DNA from: Gemmatimonadales bacterium | GTDB lineage: Bacteria > Gemmatimonadota > Gemmatimonadetes > Gemmatimonadales > GWC2-71-9 | Assembly (NCBI GenBank): GCA_041615815.1 | Contig: JBFJCP010000014.1 | Span: 1-64,000, forward strand | Direction of reading: 5' to 3' | Length of the DNA: 64,000 nt | In this document: in pieces, positions 62,365 to 64,000 of the stretch | How the letters are laid out: the number at the start of each line of letters is the position of its first letter | Numbering within the stretch: the first letter of the stretch is position 1 | The notes under the pieces: model-generated | The model's input: only the letters and a program-made list of their open reading frames with translations | The model's database searches: none | What the model was told of the DNA's origin: nothing | Made by a program: the position numbers and the translations under genes

Positions 62365-63710
62365 GAGCGTTCGCCGTCCGGGATGATAAAGGGAATCGCG
62401 CGTTCCAAGTGCATCCCGCGCGAGGCTTTCAGCAAGAGCAGTTCGTTTCCTCGGAGCCGAGCGGCCAAGGCCTCTCCCAGCGTCTCGGCGGTCTCGGCCG
62501 TCATCAGCCGCTCGCCCAGAACGGGACGATGCCGCTCGAATGCCGGAATGAAGGCTCCGATCGCAGCCACGAGCGCGGGACTCCGGGCCATCACGGCGTC
62601 CGCCATGCGATCGTGCAGCTCGGGACTGGCCGGGCCCAACTCCAGCATGGACCCGAGCGCCACCACCAACGGCCGGTTTCCCTGCATCGCCGCTGCCGTA
62701 TCCAGCGATGCTTCCAGGGACGCTGGGTTGGCGTTGTACGCATCGTACAGCACCACGAGCTCTCCATGGCGGATGACCTCACAGCGCCCCGGCGGGAGCG
62801 TGACCTGTTCCAGCGCCGCCGCCGCTGCCGCGAGATCCACTCCGAGCACCTCCGCCGCGCCAAGGGCAAGCATGGCGTTGTCCACCTGATGCGGCCCGAG
62901 CACCGGAAGTCTGATCTGGTGACCGCGAAAGGTGAGCACGGCCTTCCCGTCATCGTCGAGCCGCCAAGCATCCGGTCGCACGGTGGCGGACCGGTCCACC
63001 CCGGCCACGATCACGTGCCCGGCGAGCGTGGTTGCACGCGCCCCCAGTGCAGGTGGCGTGGTGCCCACGATGGCCACCGGCACGCGTTCGAGCAACGCGG
63101 TCTTCTCCTCGAAGGTCGCCTCGAGACTACCAAACCCCTCGAGGTGAGCGGCAGAGACGTTGGTCACGATCGCCATAGTCGGTTCAATGATATCCCGGAG
63201 CCGAGCCATCTCGCCGGGCACACTAGCGCCCGCTTCGACCACGAGCGTCTCGGTCTCCTCGGGAGCACCAAGAATCGTGAGCGGCACACCCACAAGGTTG
63301 TTGAGGTTCTCCCATGTGGCGTGCACGACCCATCGGGTCGCGAGGACACGGACGAGCATCTCTTTGGTCGATGTCTTTCCGTTGCTTCCCGTCACCGCCA
63401 GGACGGGGCCATCGAGCTCGCGCCGCCGGGCACGGGCGAGGCGGCCGAGCGCCGCGAGGGTATCCTCGACCTCGAACAGTCGCAGGCCTTCCACCGGGCG
63501 TGTCCCGCGCTGCACCACGGCACCCGTGGCGCCGCCCGTGCGTGCGTCCGCGAGGTAATCGTGCCCGTCGAATCGCGCACCGTGGAGCGCCACGAAGAGG
63601 GCGCCCTCCCCCAGTCTTCTCGTATCCGTGCTGATTTGGGTGAAGTGCTCTCCGCGCAGCGTGTCCGTTTCGAGTGCTCGGCAGACCCACTCGCTGGTCC
63701 AGCGTCTCAT
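62346..63710 (-). CDS. murF: UDP-MurNAc-tripeptide--D-Ala-D-Ala ligase
   Basis: TGSNGKTSTKE, NNLVGVPLT, DAYNANP, KASRG. Confidence 0.95.
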   Translation of the reverse strand: MRRWTSEWVCRALETDTLRGEHFTQISTDTRRLGEGALFVALHGARFDGHDYLADARTGGATGAVVQRGTRPVEGLRLFEVEDTLAALGRLARARRRELDGPVLAVTGSNGKTSTKEMLVRVLATRWVVHATWENLNNLVGVPLTILGAPEETETLVVEAGASVPGEMARLRDIIEPTMAIVTNVSAAHLEGFGSLEATFEEKTALLERVPVAIVGTTPPALGARATTLAGHVIVAGVDRSATVRPDAWRLDDDGKAVLTFRGHQIRLPVLGPHQVDNAMLALGAAEVLGVDLAAAAAALEQVTLPPGRCEVIRHGELVVLYDAYNANPASLEASLDTAAAMQGNRPLVVALGSMLELGPASPELHDRMADAVMARSPALVAAIGAFIPAFERHRPVLGERLMTAETAETLGEALAARLRGNELLLLKASRGMHLERAIPFIIPDGERSCSTTC

Positions 63711-64000
63711 GCCGGTGCCCTCTGTCCCAAGGCGGTCCGCACGATCTCCCGCTCGTCGAACGGGAGCCGGTCCGTGCCAATCACCTGGTAGGTCTCGTGG
63801 CCCTTCCCTGCCAAGAGCAATGCATCTCCCGACCGTAACATGCTCACCGCCTGCTCGATCGCGGCCCGCCGCTCCGTGATGCGCAGGTGACCGCCTTCCC
63901 CCATGCCCCGTTCGATGTCGTCGATGATGCGCTCGGGGTCTTCGGTCCGAGGATTGTCGGACGTGACGATGGCAACATCGGCGCCGCGGGCCGCGATCGT
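63707..64000 (-). CDS. murE: MurE ligase, C-terminal part only
   Basis: Frame from 64000 reads ...VTSDNPRTEDP...AGKGHETYQ; DNPR is the meso-DAP-type motif. Confidence 0.92.
   Translation of the reverse strand, partial: TIAARGADVAIVTSDNPRTEDPERIIDDIERGMGEGGHLRITERRAAIEQAVSMLRSGDALLLAGKGHETYQVIGTDRLPFDEREIVRTALGQRAPA

Overview
High-GC bacterial chromosome segment made almost entirely of housekeeping genes, nearly all on the minus strand. Gene content and order suggest Gemmatimonadota (inference). From the right end, the first minus-strand run is the dcw cluster (murE partial, murF, mraY, murD, ftsW, murG, murC, ftsQ, ftsA, ftsZ), then an M23 peptidase, a hisA-like gene, a vWA-like membrane protein, ftsY and recG. 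A small accessory cassette follows: a beta-propeller lipoprotein, a CxxC redoxin-fold protein and a secreted 4-Cys peptide. Next are an AidB-like acyl-CoA dehydrogenase, a pterin dehydratase, a BamB/PQQ-like propeller, asnS and mazG. A ~34 kb co-oriented run then covers alr, deoB, cdd, an orphan eutN/ccmL, a lipoprotein, an outer-membrane barrel, mtaB, miaB, comFB, comEC, fbp, methylmalonyl-CoA mutase, an FmdB zinc ribbon, argS, pfkB, purM, ribD/E/BA/H, nusB, a GT4, hpf, hprK, a mannose-family PTS, metK, ahcY, DUF151, recO and selB. A stand-alone T9SS-CTD-like protein, clpB and a partial tadA end the window. I recognised no rRNA, tRNA, CRISPR array or mobile element. The best candidate for an undescribed system is the three-gene secreted Cys-rich peptide cassette at 44379-46098. 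All calls come from motif recognition by eye; no database searches were run.
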